DNA of 64,000 nucleotides from Histomonas meleagridis 2922-C6/04-290x (GCA_020184695.1 JAANOX010000243.1:1-64000); one strand, 5' to 3'. Shown: positions 21,517-32,877, counted from the first letter of the stretch. Translations and numbers: made by a program. The notes: generated from the sequence alone by a model not told the origin.

Positions 21517-22632
21517 TTAGAGCTCATCTCCTCCATTATGATATTTTCTTTTCATTTCTTCTTTGAACACATCCAAAGGAGTTAATTCTCTTTCACCATA
21601 CCTTAATATTTCACCATTATACACAAATCTTACGAAGTCCTTTTCATTGCTTCTCCAAATTTCTACTGCGATTTGGGATGCGAATGGCGGCGGCACGTGC
21701 ATATTCTCGTAGCCAAGTCCGATCAACAATGCGCCTATTGTTACGTCATGACCACTAAACAATGTGAATTTACTTTTACTTTTACCATCAAAGAAGTTAT
21801 CAATTTCCGAAATTAATAGATCGAAAATTGGTTTATCTGCAGAAGGTTTCGTATATGACGCGAAGCCTTGCACGAATAAGGACATGTCATTAAGTAAATC
21901 CTCAAGAATAGGGTCTGCTATATCCGCTGGATATTGTTTTTTGTTACAACGAAGCGAATTAACAAAATCCCCTAAAAATATTTTCTCAAATGTGTCGTGG
22001 AATGTGATGTTATAATATTCAACTAATGGGACTGCAATGCGGTCGAAGCGGTCGATGTGTCGTTTAAATTCAGGTGTATCTCTGAACTCATTAAGCTTTT
22101 GACGATTGATGGGAAATGCTGGATTTGGGCATAATGGCTCATTGTCAGGAGTTCCAATTGTAACATTAATAAAGTCATTAGTTGTGGGTGGATATAACCC
22201 ATCAATTATCGCAACACTTGATTCAATACAACGTGGATAAAAAGATGATCTAACATTTATCAACTGGGAATCATATTGCTCAGGCAAAAGTTTGGTTTGA
22301 TTAATAAGATAATGACCAAGTGTTTTTCCAAGATTAATAAGCTGGCTTACACCTTCATCTAGAAGAAAACCATCTGAACATGACGGAGAATATGGATGTG
22401 GTTTTAAAGGATCATATTTAAAACTAAGTGGAACTCCATTGATCACTGGAGTACGATGTTTTCTTTTATAGTAATTTTCTCCACAATGCCACTCGTTTTT
22501 AGAATCTGGTCTATCCCAATGTTGGACAGGAACTCGAGCTCCGTGTCTTGTAAAAAGGAAAAGAGTAAGTAAGGTTGCATTTGGAACAAGAAGTGGAAGT
22601 TTAGGTTCAGCAAGACATATGGGTAAGCCCAT
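21517..22632 (-). CDS. Histidine acid phosphatase, 371 aa
   Basis: RHGARVP catalytic motif, RCIES, FSGHDVTI (HD); C-terminal GDEL resembles an ER-retention signal. Confidence 0.93.
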   Translation of the reverse strand: MGLPICLAEPKLPLLVPNATLLTLFLFTRHGARVPVQHWDRPDSKNEWHCGENYYKRKHRTPVINGVPLSFKYDPLKPHPYSPSCSDGFLLDEGVSQLINLGKTLGHYLINQTKLLPEQYDSQLINVRSSFYPRCIESSVAIIDGLYPPTTNDFINVTIGTPDNEPLCPNPAFPINRQKLNEFRDTPEFKRHIDRFDRIAVPLVEYYNITFHDTFEKIFLGDFVNSLRCNKKQYPADIADPILEDLLNDMSLFVQGFASYTKPSADKPIFDLLISEIDNFFDGKSKSKFTLFSGHDVTIGALLIGLGYENMHVPPPFASQIAVEIWRSNEKDFVRFVYNGEILRYGERELTPLDVFKEEMKRKYHNGGDEL

Positions 22633-22782
22633 TTATAAAAAATTGCATTGTTCACACAAATGAATTCCATTTGATCGTTCTAAACGTACTTTTTCTTCCT
22701 TCCAAATTTAATGATAAATGTTATTGGATTAATCCGAAAAATTTTAGATGGAAAATAAGTAAAAGATAAAAATCCCAAATGT

Positions 22783-23193
22783 TTACTTAGCACGACCAAG
22801 CTTCTGAAGTGCTTTTTCGCGATTTTGACGTTTCTTTTCGATAAGGTTCTTGCGGTACTTATCCATTTTTATCTTGGTGATAACAACGTTTGATGGGTGG
22901 ATAGGAATGAAGACTGTTTCATTGCTGATCTTTTGCTTTGTTACAGATTCAATGTTAATACGCATTGTCGAAAGTTTAACTGCAACAACGCGACCAGTAC
23001 GTTTTTTCATCTGACCACGAACAACCTCAACTTCGTCATCACGACGGATTGGAAGGCGTTTGATTCCATATTGCTTTTGAAGATCTTTACTAAGTGGAGA
23101 ACTCATAGCAATATGTTTTTCTTCCTTTGTGGCATTGAAAAATGCCTTACGAACCTTACGAGCTTGTGATGAAACAAATGGATTCGTCTTCAT
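22783..23193 (-). CDS. RPL26: 60S ribosomal protein L26 (uL24), 136 aa
   Basis: MKTNPFVSSQARKVRKAFF...LPIRRDDEVEVVRG...IHPSNVVITK; true ATG at 23193. Confidence 0.97.
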   Translation of the reverse strand: MKTNPFVSSQARKVRKAFFNATKEEKHIAMSSPLSKDLQKQYGIKRLPIRRDDEVEVVRGQMKKRTGRVVAVKLSTMRINIESVTKQKISNETVFIPIHPSNVVITKIKMDKYRKNLIEKKRQNREKALQKLGRAK

Positions 23194-23288
23194 TGGAGAG
23201 AAGAGGCCAAACAAACCTAGTGAATAAACGAATAAAAGCAAACTTTTAACGGTCGACGCAAATCTTGGTTTCTGTGTACGTTTATAAA

Positions 23289-24059
23289 ATGGATGGTGAA
23301 CAACAAAAACACACAGCAGATATATCAAAAACAGAAAAAATGGCTAAAGTAAATCAATCCATTCGAAATAACTCAAACGAAATATGTAATTTAAAAAAAG
23401 ATATTGAAAATGAAAATAATTTTTTAAAAGAAGTTAAAAGAACATATTTATTTCTATCATCTCTTGTATACGAACAAACAAATAAACTCGAAGGTTTTAA
23501 GCAACAATCAACTAAAATTCCAGAATCATGCATAGAACAATTAATATCCTTACATAATGCAATTCTCGCAGAACAAATTTCGTTTTTTGAAAAGACAACA
23601 AAATGCCAATCGAATTTTGCTCGTACCCTTGGTGATGAAAATTCAACCTTTTTAGAAAAAAAGATTAAGTCAAAAATTCGATTTTTACAGCGGGAATGTC
23701 TTCAAATTCAAGAATTTGTAAAGCAGGAGGTTGAATTTGAAAAGGAAGAAGATGCATCAACTATTAAAGAGTTAAACGAAATCATTTACACACTTTCAAA
23801 TGAACTTCGGCAAGCGAAACTTAAATTATCAATGCTACGTGCACAGAAATTTGATACAGAACTTTCTGATGCATTTAGCAAAATGATAATATCGAAGCAT
23901 GCTTTAGACGAAAGGTGCACAGAGATAATTAACCTCAAAGCAGAAAATGAACAGATTCAAGCTGCAATAGATCTCCAGATTGAAACTTCAAAAAGACTTG
24001 AAAGAGAGAATAATGAGTTAATGAACTTGAAAAAACTTTTAGAAAACTTAACATATTAA
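23289..24059 (+). CDS. Coiled-coil hypothetical protein, ~256 aa
   Basis: Long ORF with heptad pattern; ATG at 23289 avoids overlap with RPL26. Confidence 0.75.
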   Translation: MDGEQQKHTADISKTEKMAKVNQSIRNNSNEICNLKKDIENENNFLKEVKRTYLFLSSLVYEQTNKLEGFKQQSTKIPESCIEQLISLHNAILAEQISFFEKTTKCQSNFARTLGDENSTFLEKKIKSKIRFLQRECLQIQEFVKQEVEFEKEEDASTIKELNEIIYTLSNELRQAKLKLSMLRAQKFDTELSDAFSKMIISKHALDERCTEIINLKAENEQIQAAIDLQIETSKRLERENNELMNLKKLLENLTY

Positions 24060-24590
24060 ATATTTTGTAATTAGGATTCTGTTTTTCTTAATTTTTCATA
24101 ATTTATATTCATCAAGGGGATGGCATTAATTCATGTTTTTATTTCTCTTTAAATCATCAAGACTTGATGATTCATAAAAATTTCTTTTATAAAATTATAT
24201 TATTTGTAACACTGCAAAAAAGATCATCCTTAGAATTAGTCAATTAAATTTGAAAAGAAAAAAAATGATTTAAAATAAAATTTATACCTTCCGCCCATTG
24301 GTAACCCATTCCAACTTAGGTTACCTAAAAAAGTTTATATACTATTATTCAAGGCTTATAAAATAGAGACTAGATACAAGAAATCCAGTAAGTATTTTTC
24401 TCTAAATTAATTTTGAGTAATACTCTATTTCTTGTAAAAAATAATATTTGGCGACATTTTTGAGTTTCGATTGAATTGGGGAGAAATAATTTAATCGCTT
24501 ATATTACAGTATGTAAATTAAATTTTTTTAGAATATTAATATCTTGTTAATATATTAAAGTTATCATTGGAAGGTTTTACTTTTTACCTT

Positions 24591-25667
24591 ATGGATTCCA
24601 AAGTAAAAACACAACAAAGGAAGCAAGGATTTAATAACAAATAAAGACACCCTACCAACAATAACAATGTTAATTATAAGAAACGTAATTTACAAGAAGA
24701 TAAACCGACACAACAACCACGTCGTTAAAGGATTCAACTTCTTACACCAATGTTGCGAAAATTGATCAAATAATGATTATTGTATTGAAGTTGAAACATT
24801 AACGAGTACACAACTTCGTAAATTAATGTCAGAACGTGATCGAATTTTATCCGGCTAGAAAGAGTTAGGAAATGCAGACAAACTTATTAAAGAAGATGAG
24901 GACTTTCGTAAATGCGTTAATCAACTTTATGAAGAAAGTTCAACCAAATTAATTATTACAAAAACGAAATAGCACACAACTTGTTCACTTCGCGAAGAAA
25001 CCAAGAAATATAATAATCAAGTTTATTATAATGAAATCAAAGAACTTCGCGAAGAATTAAATCAAATGAATGGAGAACGAGGTAAAGAACAAAATGAAAA
25101 TCGAAAATCACTTAAAGAATATCGAAACAAACTTAATCAAATCACATATATTAAATATGAACGGTATGTTATTTATCGTGAAGCATAACGTACAATGTTA
25201 CAAATTCTTGAAGGACAAAAACTTAAGTTGGAGAAATTAAAGAACGCGAAAATCCCCATCAAAAAGAGATTGCAGCGGGTAAATCACTTATTACTTATTT
25301 CGAAGGAATGTATGGACATCCGCAGCATAAAGAGAACAAACAACAACAAAATGTTCAACACGAAACGTTCTAATAAAGAAGCAGAGAAACTTATAGCAAG
25401 TTTGAATAAAGATAAAAATAATAATAAGAGCAAGAATCAACTCCAAAAGAAAAACAATATGAAAGGTCCTATCAATCATTCGATGAATGCAATTTCGCAA
25501 TTTGTTATTGTTGACGTTGCTGCACCATCGATCTAAGTCAAGTTGAAAGTACATTGGAAGAACTGAAGAAGAAAGTTCACGAATGGGAATCAGAATTCGT
25601 TAAAGCGATTGTTACATTTACGACATCAGAAGATGGTCGTGTGAAATTCGACGTGAAAGTTGCATAA
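24591..25667 (+). pseudogene. Decayed coiled-coil gene with multiple stops and frameshifts
   Basis: MDSKVKTQQRKQGFNNK* then fragments LRKLMSERDRILS, RKELGNADKLIKEDEDFRKCVNQLYEES, YNEIKELREELNQMNGERGKEQNENRKSLKEYRNKLNQ in shifting frames. Confidence 0.65.
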
Positions 25668-26166
25668 GTAAGTAAACAAGTAAACAATGCACAAACAGAA
25701 GTGATTTTATGCATTAATGAGAAATGATATGAAATTTGAATTCAAACATTTTCATAATTTTACTCAAATGCGAATCGTGTGAACATTTTCATGTAATTAA
25801 AATATTGGATTCATAAATTATAAAAAAATGCCGGTTCACTAATTTGTCTCTTATTTATTGAATATTAAACATTGTATTTCACACAGTGAAAAATTCATTT
25901 GTTTTAGAACTCAAAATACAACAGATTGGACAAAGAGAACTAAATACCAAAATTTATTTGCCTTTACAAATATTTTTGGCACTTTGAAATAAATTCTTTA
26001 ATTATCAAATTGTGTTTCTCCATATATTTAGAATATCCACATCAACTTCCCTCTCTTCAACATCTTAATGAAGCCGAGGTGTCTGCAAGTCTCACTATAT
26101 GAAAATAGCGTTAAAATGCTTTTATATTTGTATGATTTGAATATATATATTTAGGAAAAAAAGTAA

Positions 26167-26390
26167 TCAAATGAATTTTTTAATTAAACCTAATGTTAAA
26201 GCAAGAAATGTTATCAAAATTGAATATTTTGCAATACCAATTTTAACTCCATCACTTGAACTAAGGCTTGGTGTTGCTGTACTTTCGCCACCAGTTTGTG
26301 TTGCTGTATTTGTTGTTGTTGATGTTTGAGTTGCTTTTAGTTTATTAACGACCACTTTGAGACCAATTAAAAAGTAATTCTTTTAACATT
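26167..26390 (-). pseudogene. Isolated Ser/Thr-rich stalk plus C-terminal hydrophobic anchor (surface-protein tail remnant)
   Basis: ATQTSTTTNTATQTGGESTATPSLSSSDG followed by IAKYSILITFLALTLGLIKKFI; no in-frame ATG. Confidence 0.55.
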
Positions 26391-26461
26391 ACATTCTTGT
26401 ATAACACCTTTTGTAAAGTATTTCATATTCAAAAACATATATTTAAAATATGAAAAATGGT

Positions 26462-27787
26462 TTATAAAACAATCTCTGGATTTAACAAGTCTGGGCATAT
26501 GCACGTGAGTGAAACGCTTTCATCCCATTTTAGAACGACCATTTGCACAAATTCTGGATCACCAGAGCCACGCAATATATTTGACAAGCAAAGAATAATT
26601 TTTTCTTGCTTAGAAGAATCACAACATTCCGAAAACTGAATCAAAAAATCGATCATTTTCGGACTCAAAATCATCTTTGTGAAAAATGGTCCTGATATCG
26701 AAGCCATATGAAGAACGAACTTAACGATTTTTTCTCTGATGAAAAAAGGTGTAACTTCAGCAATATCAGCAAAATCAAACGAAAAAATAACGTTCACTAA
26801 CGGTTCGAACACATCATCGGCGCTTATCGTTAACACCTTCAAAAAGTTGAAAATTTCCCTTGACAAAACCTCACAATTTCTTTGGAAGTTCAAAATTGAA
26901 GCAGAAACGATACCCGATTCAATGAACCTTTTGATCGTTGGATTGCCGTAGTATGCTAGCTTTGTATAAAAGGAAATAATTTGTACAACCAAGCTAGTTT
27001 GATCTTTATCTAAGTATTGTGCTAAAAATAAATCAAAGTCCTTTTCAATCGTGATTTCTAAAATGTAATCATTATCTTCGATTTCTTCGTTTTCACCTGG
27101 AATAAAACTCATCAAAATGATTAGTGCCAAAATCATGTTCCCTAAGTCACCGGAAAAAACAACTTGAAAAACCATATCAGCAGTGGAATGAATAAGATTA
27201 TTTGTAACTTTGCATGATTTGATGATTTGGAGACAAAGGGGTGTGAAATTATTTCTGTTGCTAGAACAGTATTGTGATAGAATTTGAAAAAAACTAATAT
27301 TTATTAAGTAATCACAATTATCAATATTTACATAATTGAATATTAAAAGAATTGCTTCCTCTGTTTGGCAACAACAACCAGCTGTAAGAATATCTTTGAA
27401 GAATATCAATATGTTTTCTTGAACTAGAACGTTGGTTACTTCTTTTGGAAGAAGAAAAACAAGTTGCAAAATTACCTGAATGGTTGCATCTCGAAGAGAT
27501 TCATTTTTGAGACAATTAATCATTTTATAGATGTGTGGTGGTGCTATGACACTTTTGAAATGAATTCCGTGATGAATAATACCAAGTAAAATTTGGTTTA
27601 ATAATTCTATAGACTGTGGTGAAGATGGATCGAGCAATTCAAGACATTGAAGAAAATGGTTTATAATATCAGGAGTTACTGGTTCAAGACCAACACTAAT
27701 CTCTGGTAAAACATAGTTTTGATAAGTTGGATTTGGTTGTAACCATCGCGATTCCAGGCGTGGGTTCCTTTCAATTTCACTTAACAT
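26462..27787 (-). CDS. ARM/HEAT-like helical repeat protein, ~441 aa
   Basis: Long ORF of amphipathic helices; ATG at 27787 removes the apparent overlap with the next gene. Confidence 0.75.
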   Translation of the reverse strand: MLSEIERNPRLESRWLQPNPTYQNYVLPEISVGLEPVTPDIINHFLQCLELLDPSSPQSIELLNQILLGIIHHGIHFKSVIAPPHIYKMINCLKNESLRDATIQVILQLVFLLPKEVTNVLVQENILIFFKDILTAGCCCQTEEAILLIFNYVNIDNCDYLINISFFQILSQYCSSNRNNFTPLCLQIIKSCKVTNNLIHSTADMVFQVVFSGDLGNMILALIILMSFIPGENEEIEDNDYILEITIEKDFDLFLAQYLDKDQTSLVVQIISFYTKLAYYGNPTIKRFIESGIVSASILNFQRNCEVLSREIFNFLKVLTISADDVFEPLVNVIFSFDFADIAEVTPFFIREKIVKFVLHMASISGPFFTKMILSPKMIDFLIQFSECCDSSKQEKIILCLSNILRGSGDPEFVQMVVLKWDESVSLTCICPDLLNPEIVL

Positions 27788-27852
27788 TGGTTTTTGGGGC
27801 GCCCCATAAAAAACGAGAAAAATCAAAAAGAATTCGTTTACTTTAGAGACAA

Positions 27853-28173
27853 ATGGAAAAAGAAAGGAAGGATCAACTAGAAAACTACCAAATTGTTTTG
27901 GAAGAAGTAGAAGCACACCTTTCTAAGCTTACTTCAAGACCTCTTGAAGAAACATTTAATGGATTATCTGAATTCGAACAAGCAAAATTAAAAACTCTTT
28001 TAGCATATGCTAATATGACAATTTCTTTATGCTACTTAAAGTCAAAAGGTGAGAATATAGAAGCACATAAAAATATGAGGTATCTCGAGCATTTAAAGAA
28101 ATTCTTTACAGATCTTGATGGATATATTGATCTTTCTGTTGCAAGCTCATCGCCAATGCCAGAGTCGAATTAG
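27853..28173 (+). CDS. C1D: C1D/Rrp47 (Sas10/Utp3/C1D family) exosome cofactor-like, 106 aa
   Basis: AKLKTLLAYANMTISLCYLKSKGENIEAHKNMRYLEHLKKF matches the family pattern AY..NSL...YL...G......H....EL..IK.Y. Confidence 0.7.
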   Translation: MEKERKDQLENYQIVLEEVEAHLSKLTSRPLEETFNGLSEFEQAKLKTLLAYANMTISLCYLKSKGENIEAHKNMRYLEHLKKFFTDLDGYIDLSVASSSPMPESN

Positions 28174-28496
28174 GCACGATTCTTTTAATGTAAATAATGT
28201 TTATAAACAGAGATTTTAATGATTAAATCTCAAATATATATTTATAATTTTAATAAAAAATGAGATGATATGACTCCAGCTCGAGCGATATTGCCAAAAC
28301 GCATTTTTATTTCATATTTTATTTCCTATGATGAAAATAATTTTTTAGCCCATTGCAATTTTAGTGCTAATTAAGTCACTAATTTCTTTATAACCATTTG
28401 AGGATGCTATCATACGAGCTTCCATAAATTGTCAAAATCGTTTAGTAAATAAAATAGATCATTTTGCGTTAAAAACAATTACATGCAAAAAGAAAT

Positions 28497-28650
28497 GATT
28501 TTTTGACTTTGACTTGCATGGGATTGTAGCAAGATCATTAAATAGATAGACAATTAGAATTTACCAAAATAAATATGAATTTTAAAAATAATAATGATAA
28601 TAATTTAATAGAATAAATATATTTTTTGATCAACAACTACCTTAATGATA
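28497..28650 (+). repeat. Dispersed intergenic repeat, copy 2 (homologous to ~14527-14680)
   Basis: Same collinear blocks as copy 1. Confidence 0.7.
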
Positions 28651-28904
28651 TTATTCTATAAGTCATATGCCAACTAAATATTTAGTTGGTGATTTTCGTG
28701 GAAAAAATTGCAATATTAATTATAATTTTAAATTAATATTAAAACCTAATAAGTATCGATTGTTTGTTCAATTGAAGAAAAAATGTTGAATTTTATTCAA
28801 AAAAATTATTTTCGATAAATACACTGCTAATGGTAAATATTTTATCCTAAAGACATGTTTATAATATCATTTTTATAATGTTTCCATTCATCACTGCAAT
28901 CTAA

Positions 28905-29093
28905 TGTAAAAATGCAACTGATCAAATTATTGTTTTTATAGCATCTTCGATCAATCATGAAGAAATGAAAACCATTAGTATTGTTTTGGTAATTTCATTT
29001 GGAGTTGTTGGAGGAATAGTAGTTGTGCTTGCTATGACTTCTTTTTGTCTAGAAATTATTTATAAAAATCAAGATTGCTATGATTTCTTATAA
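28905..29093 (+). pseudogene. TM helix plus short tail; remnant of a type I membrane gene, or a 42-aa ORF from ATG 28965
   Basis: MKTISIVLVISFGVVGGIVVVLAMTSFCLEIIYKNQDCYDFL*; frame open from 28905. Confidence 0.4.
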
Positions 29094-29469
29094 ATATATA
29101 ATTTGTATTACATTAATATTTTGTTTAAACTTTATTACTAAAATAAATTGTTAAAGGAAATATACGTAAATACAAGAAAAAAATGAATAATGTAAAATAT
29201 TTTATATAAATATATATACTATCATTAATGATTTATATAAATTTATATTCGCGAACATAAGTTCATATTTCAAAAACTATATAATGCAAAAAGCAGCTTT
29301 AATAAAAAAAAAATATTTTCATCATAAAATTTCATTTTTTATGATATTCTTTATCCAAAAAAGCCAAAAAGAAAACATATTACAAAAACAAATTCAATTT
29401 AATAATTAATCGAACAGAACGAAGAAAAAACATTTCGCTTTAACAAAACTATTATAATGACAGATTTTA

Positions 29470-30345
29470 TTACTCTTCTATAACTTTCCATTGCTTATTG
29501 GCGATTTCTCTCCAAACCGAAGTCGTATTCGCTCCGTAACTTACGCTCAACAAAAACCCGCAACTTGACCACCGAACGGCCATTGGCTCCTCATAGCACT
29601 TACAAATTTCATACGAGCTCCAGACATTGTCCTCGTATGTCCACATCTTTACGCTCATGTCATTCCCACACGTAACAATTTCGAATCGAGAAAATCCGGC
29701 CAATGGCCTCCACGCAATTCCGTTCACAGCTCCTTGGTGAGCCGCAACTGGTCTTAAATATGGCGCCCATGAAGTACCGTTGTATGCAAAGACAGTGAAG
29801 TATCCATCGGCTGAAGCAGCAACGAGTTTCGTTGTATCTTGCCCATTGGGATCATCAATAAATGACATGTTTGACGGTGGTGACCATGACAAAGAAGTGA
29901 CGGCTTTGTCAGATACTTTCTGTGTTTGAATTGACCAGGATTTCATGTCACAACTGGTAAATGAGACAAAACCATCAGAAGCACCTGAAGCAAAACAAAG
30001 TGCAAATGGTTGAAAAGCAACTGCATTGATGGGGCTTTTGTGTTGTTGGAAGGTCATCACTTGATTAAATTCACCTACTTTAACTCTTTGATATAAATAC
30101 GTTTTACCAACTTCATCGGATACAACAAAAATAGCACCATAATCAGATGATGAAAAGGAAATGGAAGTGGCACGATGACAACAGGAAGAGGTCTCGGCAA
30201 CAAGTGAAAATTTGCGATTTTCATCTGACTCGTAGATTTTAACTGAGCCGTCAATGTAAAGGAATGCTAGCAAAGTGCCATTCATGTTGAAACAACAATC
30301 AATTACCCTTTCAATAGATGGAACATTGAGAATATCTGAGTTCAT
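29470..30345 (-). CDS. Sec13/Seh1-like WD40 protein, ~291 aa
   Basis: IDCCFNMNGTLLA, HKSPINAVAF, VTSLSWSPP, HQGAVNGIAWRP, VRWSSCGFLLSVSYG...VWRE; likely ATG at 30345. Confidence 0.8.
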   Translation of the reverse strand: MNSDILNVPSIERVIDCCFNMNGTLLAFLYIDGSVKIYESDENRKFSLVAETSSCCHRATSISFSSSDYGAIFVVSDEVGKTYLYQRVKVGEFNQVMTFQQHKSPINAVAFQPFALCFASGASDGFVSFTSCDMKSWSIQTQKVSDKAVTSLSWSPPSNMSFIDDPNGQDTTKLVAASADGYFTVFAYNGTSWAPYLRPVAAHQGAVNGIAWRPLAGFSRFEIVTCGNDMSVKMWTYEDNVWSSYEICKCYEEPMAVRWSSCGFLLSVSYGANTTSVWREIANKQWKVIEE

Positions 30346-30775
30346 AAAGGCTTGCTGAAATAAAACCGGGTCAAAAGATATCGTCCTATAATTCAATGTA
30401 ATAAACTTTAGAATAAACGTGGGGAACGATCAAATATAATTGAATTAATTTCAAAAAGTTCTATCGTGTTTCCATTTTTAATGCTGAAATAAATAAAATA
30501 TTTCAAACAGTGTTTCATTTTTTAAATAATTGACAATTTTAAAATTAATTAATATTTGCATCAAATAAATTATTGATGCTTAAACGGTTTTGTTTATATT
30601 TTTTTGGCATTTCATTTATTTGATTAAAAGGTTAAATTGTTTTAATTGTGATATTTAGTTGGAATAAGGTTGAATTAAGGAAACATGTGTTATATTTTTA
30701 AATAGTTATCTCTTTTAAAGGTTATTTTTATTTTTTGAATTTAGCACAAAGTCAAACAAAGTAAAAAGTGCCATA

Positions 30776-31264
30776 ATGGAAAGCCTGAAGGAAAGAATTC
30801 CTGTTGATTGTGTTAGCGATGCTAACTTTAATGTTGTCGCACACCTTGAAGGCCCTAACAACCAAAATTTGCATTATATCGAGGATCAATCACATTGTCG
30901 TCTAACTGTTCATGGTGCAATTAATTCTGGCTTTTCACTGGATGAAGAAGGACCAATATATATCTTATTAATGGCTAACTCTCCAGATGATATCGAGAAA
31001 GGTAAAGACCTCTGCTTGAATTTAATATCAACTGTTAAAGCACAAAAACAAAAGATATTACAAGAAAAAGCGCAAAAACGTGCCAAGAAAAGGAAGGCTG
31101 GCAGTAAAACAGTGAATCTTCCTGAACAATTTCTTTTGGCAATGAGATATTATTTCCCTGGTGAACCAGCAGAACCACCACCACCAGGAAGCACACAAGA
31201 TATGAAGCTTCACCGCAGGAAATTTAGAATCGTTGCAAAACACAATAGTTGGTTCACAAATTAA
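30776..31264 (+). CDS. Small KH-domain protein (KHDC4/SF1-type KH), 162 aa
   Basis: FNVVAHLEGPNNQNLHYIEDQSHCRLTVHG...PIYILLMANSPDDIEKGKDLCLNLISTV; the GxxG loop is degenerate. Confidence 0.65.
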   Translation: MESLKERIPVDCVSDANFNVVAHLEGPNNQNLHYIEDQSHCRLTVHGAINSGFSLDEEGPIYILLMANSPDDIEKGKDLCLNLISTVKAQKQKILQEKAQKRAKKRKAGSKTVNLPEQFLLAMRYYFPGEPAEPPPPGSTQDMKLHRRKFRIVAKHNSWFTN

Positions 31265-31645
31265 ATTATATAATCTTTTATAAAAGTAAACAACGATTTT
31301 TTTGATCACATTCACATAAGTTTGAAGTTTTTAACAAGCAATTTATCTAAAGAATGAAAATACCAAATTTTAAAAGCTAAATTTACACAGGTGCCATCAA
31401 CGATCATAACTGCCATTATCGTTTGATTCGAAACGGTGATCATCTGAAATAGGTGAAAACTATCGCCTCTCCTCTTCGGAACACGGAGAGCTCCAGCTTT
31501 GGTACATGAACTGAACAAGAATCAGAAGAACTCATTAACAAGTAAACTTTGAAGCACATTGTCAAAACGATAAAAACATTGAATATTTTACACGTAAAAT
31601 GATCGTCAGCTTTTGAGAGAATAAGACCAAATAAAACTACAATTC

Positions 31646-31671
31646 CAGAACGATAAGGGTCTATCGTTCTG
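31646..31671. other. Perfect 10-bp inverted repeat with 6-nt loop just downstream of RAD23
   Basis: CAGAACGATA-AGGGTC-TATCGTTCTG. Confidence 0.8.
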
Positions 31672-31731
31672 CGACCGTTTTATCATAATTGGTGCAAAAT
31701 TAAGCACATACGTTTTATTCAGTAAATTTGT

Positions 31732-32667
31732 TCATTTTTCTCTCATTGAAGAGAGACACGAAGCAGTCAGCTCTTCATTTTTTTCGCATGCAAGAAAAAC
31801 TTGTATGATTGTCATTGAATCCATAGAGTTTTCTTTCTTTTCTAAACGATGTATCATTTCTCTTTCTTCTGACGTGAACTGCTGCATCGATTTTTCGTAT
31901 TCGGAATCAGCTTCGATTTTTACATTAAAATCGCTCGGGTTTAACCCAATTGTTTGAAGAAAGACAAATGGATCAACTTTCCGACCTTCAAGTGCACTGA
32001 TTTTTTCCATTATTTGAGGTAATAATTGAGGATTCTGTTGAAGTTGATTTTTGATGGTAAGTAATTCGCGTATAGAACCATAGTCCTCTTCTTCGTCACT
32101 GTATTCATAATCCGATAAAATTGGCACCGTCATTCTTGATGGATCAGGAATGTGACCAGAGAAAAGATATTGGGCAGCATAATCTGGTTTGAACAATGCT
32201 GCTCTAAGAGCGTTCTCGCAATCTATTTGTGACATCTGTGTTGCCTCTTGAAGATTTTTAACCATTTCATCAAAATTTTCCGGGATGAATCCGTCAAATT
32301 TCTGTACAAATAATGGAAGTGGTTCATCTTGAGGACCCAAATATTCACTTGTTTCATTCTGTTTATTTTCTTGTTCTTCTTTGTTTGTTTCAACCTGGCT
32401 TAATTGCTGTTGATTTATATTAGGTTCAGATTTTGGTTTTTTTATCACCTTTTGTGAAAATAGGATAATAAAGCTACCGCTGTCTATTCCACAATCTAAA
32501 AGTAGTTGGTCATCTGATAATTTTTTAGATTTGAAAATCAATGATGTTGACGCTGCGTCAAAGCCATGTTTTTCCTGGAGCATCTGTTTTGCCTGAAGAA
32601 CTGTAGAATTTTTATCAAGGCAAAGATTGAAAGTTTTTCCAGAAATTGTTTTGAACGCTACATCCAT
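31732..32667 (-). CDS. RAD23: Rad23-like ubiquitin shuttle (UBL-UBA-STI1/XPCB-UBA), 311 aa
   Basis: N-terminal UBL VAFKTISGKTF...LIFKSKKL, UBA ALRAALFKPDYAAQYLFSG, LQQNPQLLPQIM, C-terminal IQVFLACEKNEELTASCL. Confidence 0.88.
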   Translation of the reverse strand: MDVAFKTISGKTFNLCLDKNSTVLQAKQMLQEKHGFDAASTSLIFKSKKLSDDQLLLDCGIDSGSFIILFSQKVIKKPKSEPNINQQQLSQVETNKEEQENKQNETSEYLGPQDEPLPLFVQKFDGFIPENFDEMVKNLQEATQMSQIDCENALRAALFKPDYAAQYLFSGHIPDPSRMTVPILSDYEYSDEEEDYGSIRELLTIKNQLQQNPQLLPQIMEKISALEGRKVDPFVFLQTIGLNPSDFNVKIEADSEYEKSMQQFTSEEREMIHRLEKKENSMDSMTIIQVFLACEKNEELTASCLSSMREK

Positions 32668-32877
32668 CTTTTTGTACGTTTAAAAATTGAATTCAATAAG
32701 CCAAACAAACCCTGTGAAATTATGCAAAATTTTCGAATTCACCAAAAAATAAAAGATAATAAACAAATGCGTAATTAATACAATGCAACAATACTCCTTA
32801 AACAGTGTCCAATATTTTGAAGAAGAGTTAAAAAAATCAAAATTTGAATATGACACCAAATCAATTGGTATCACGTT

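Noticed and set aside
23194-23328. Apparent head-to-head CDS overlaps (RPL26 with 23265; 27853 with 27916) and long N-termini of RPS15A and RhoGAP
   Set aside because: These are artefacts of non-ATG or upstream starts in the ORF track; downstream ATGs give canonical proteins with no overlap.
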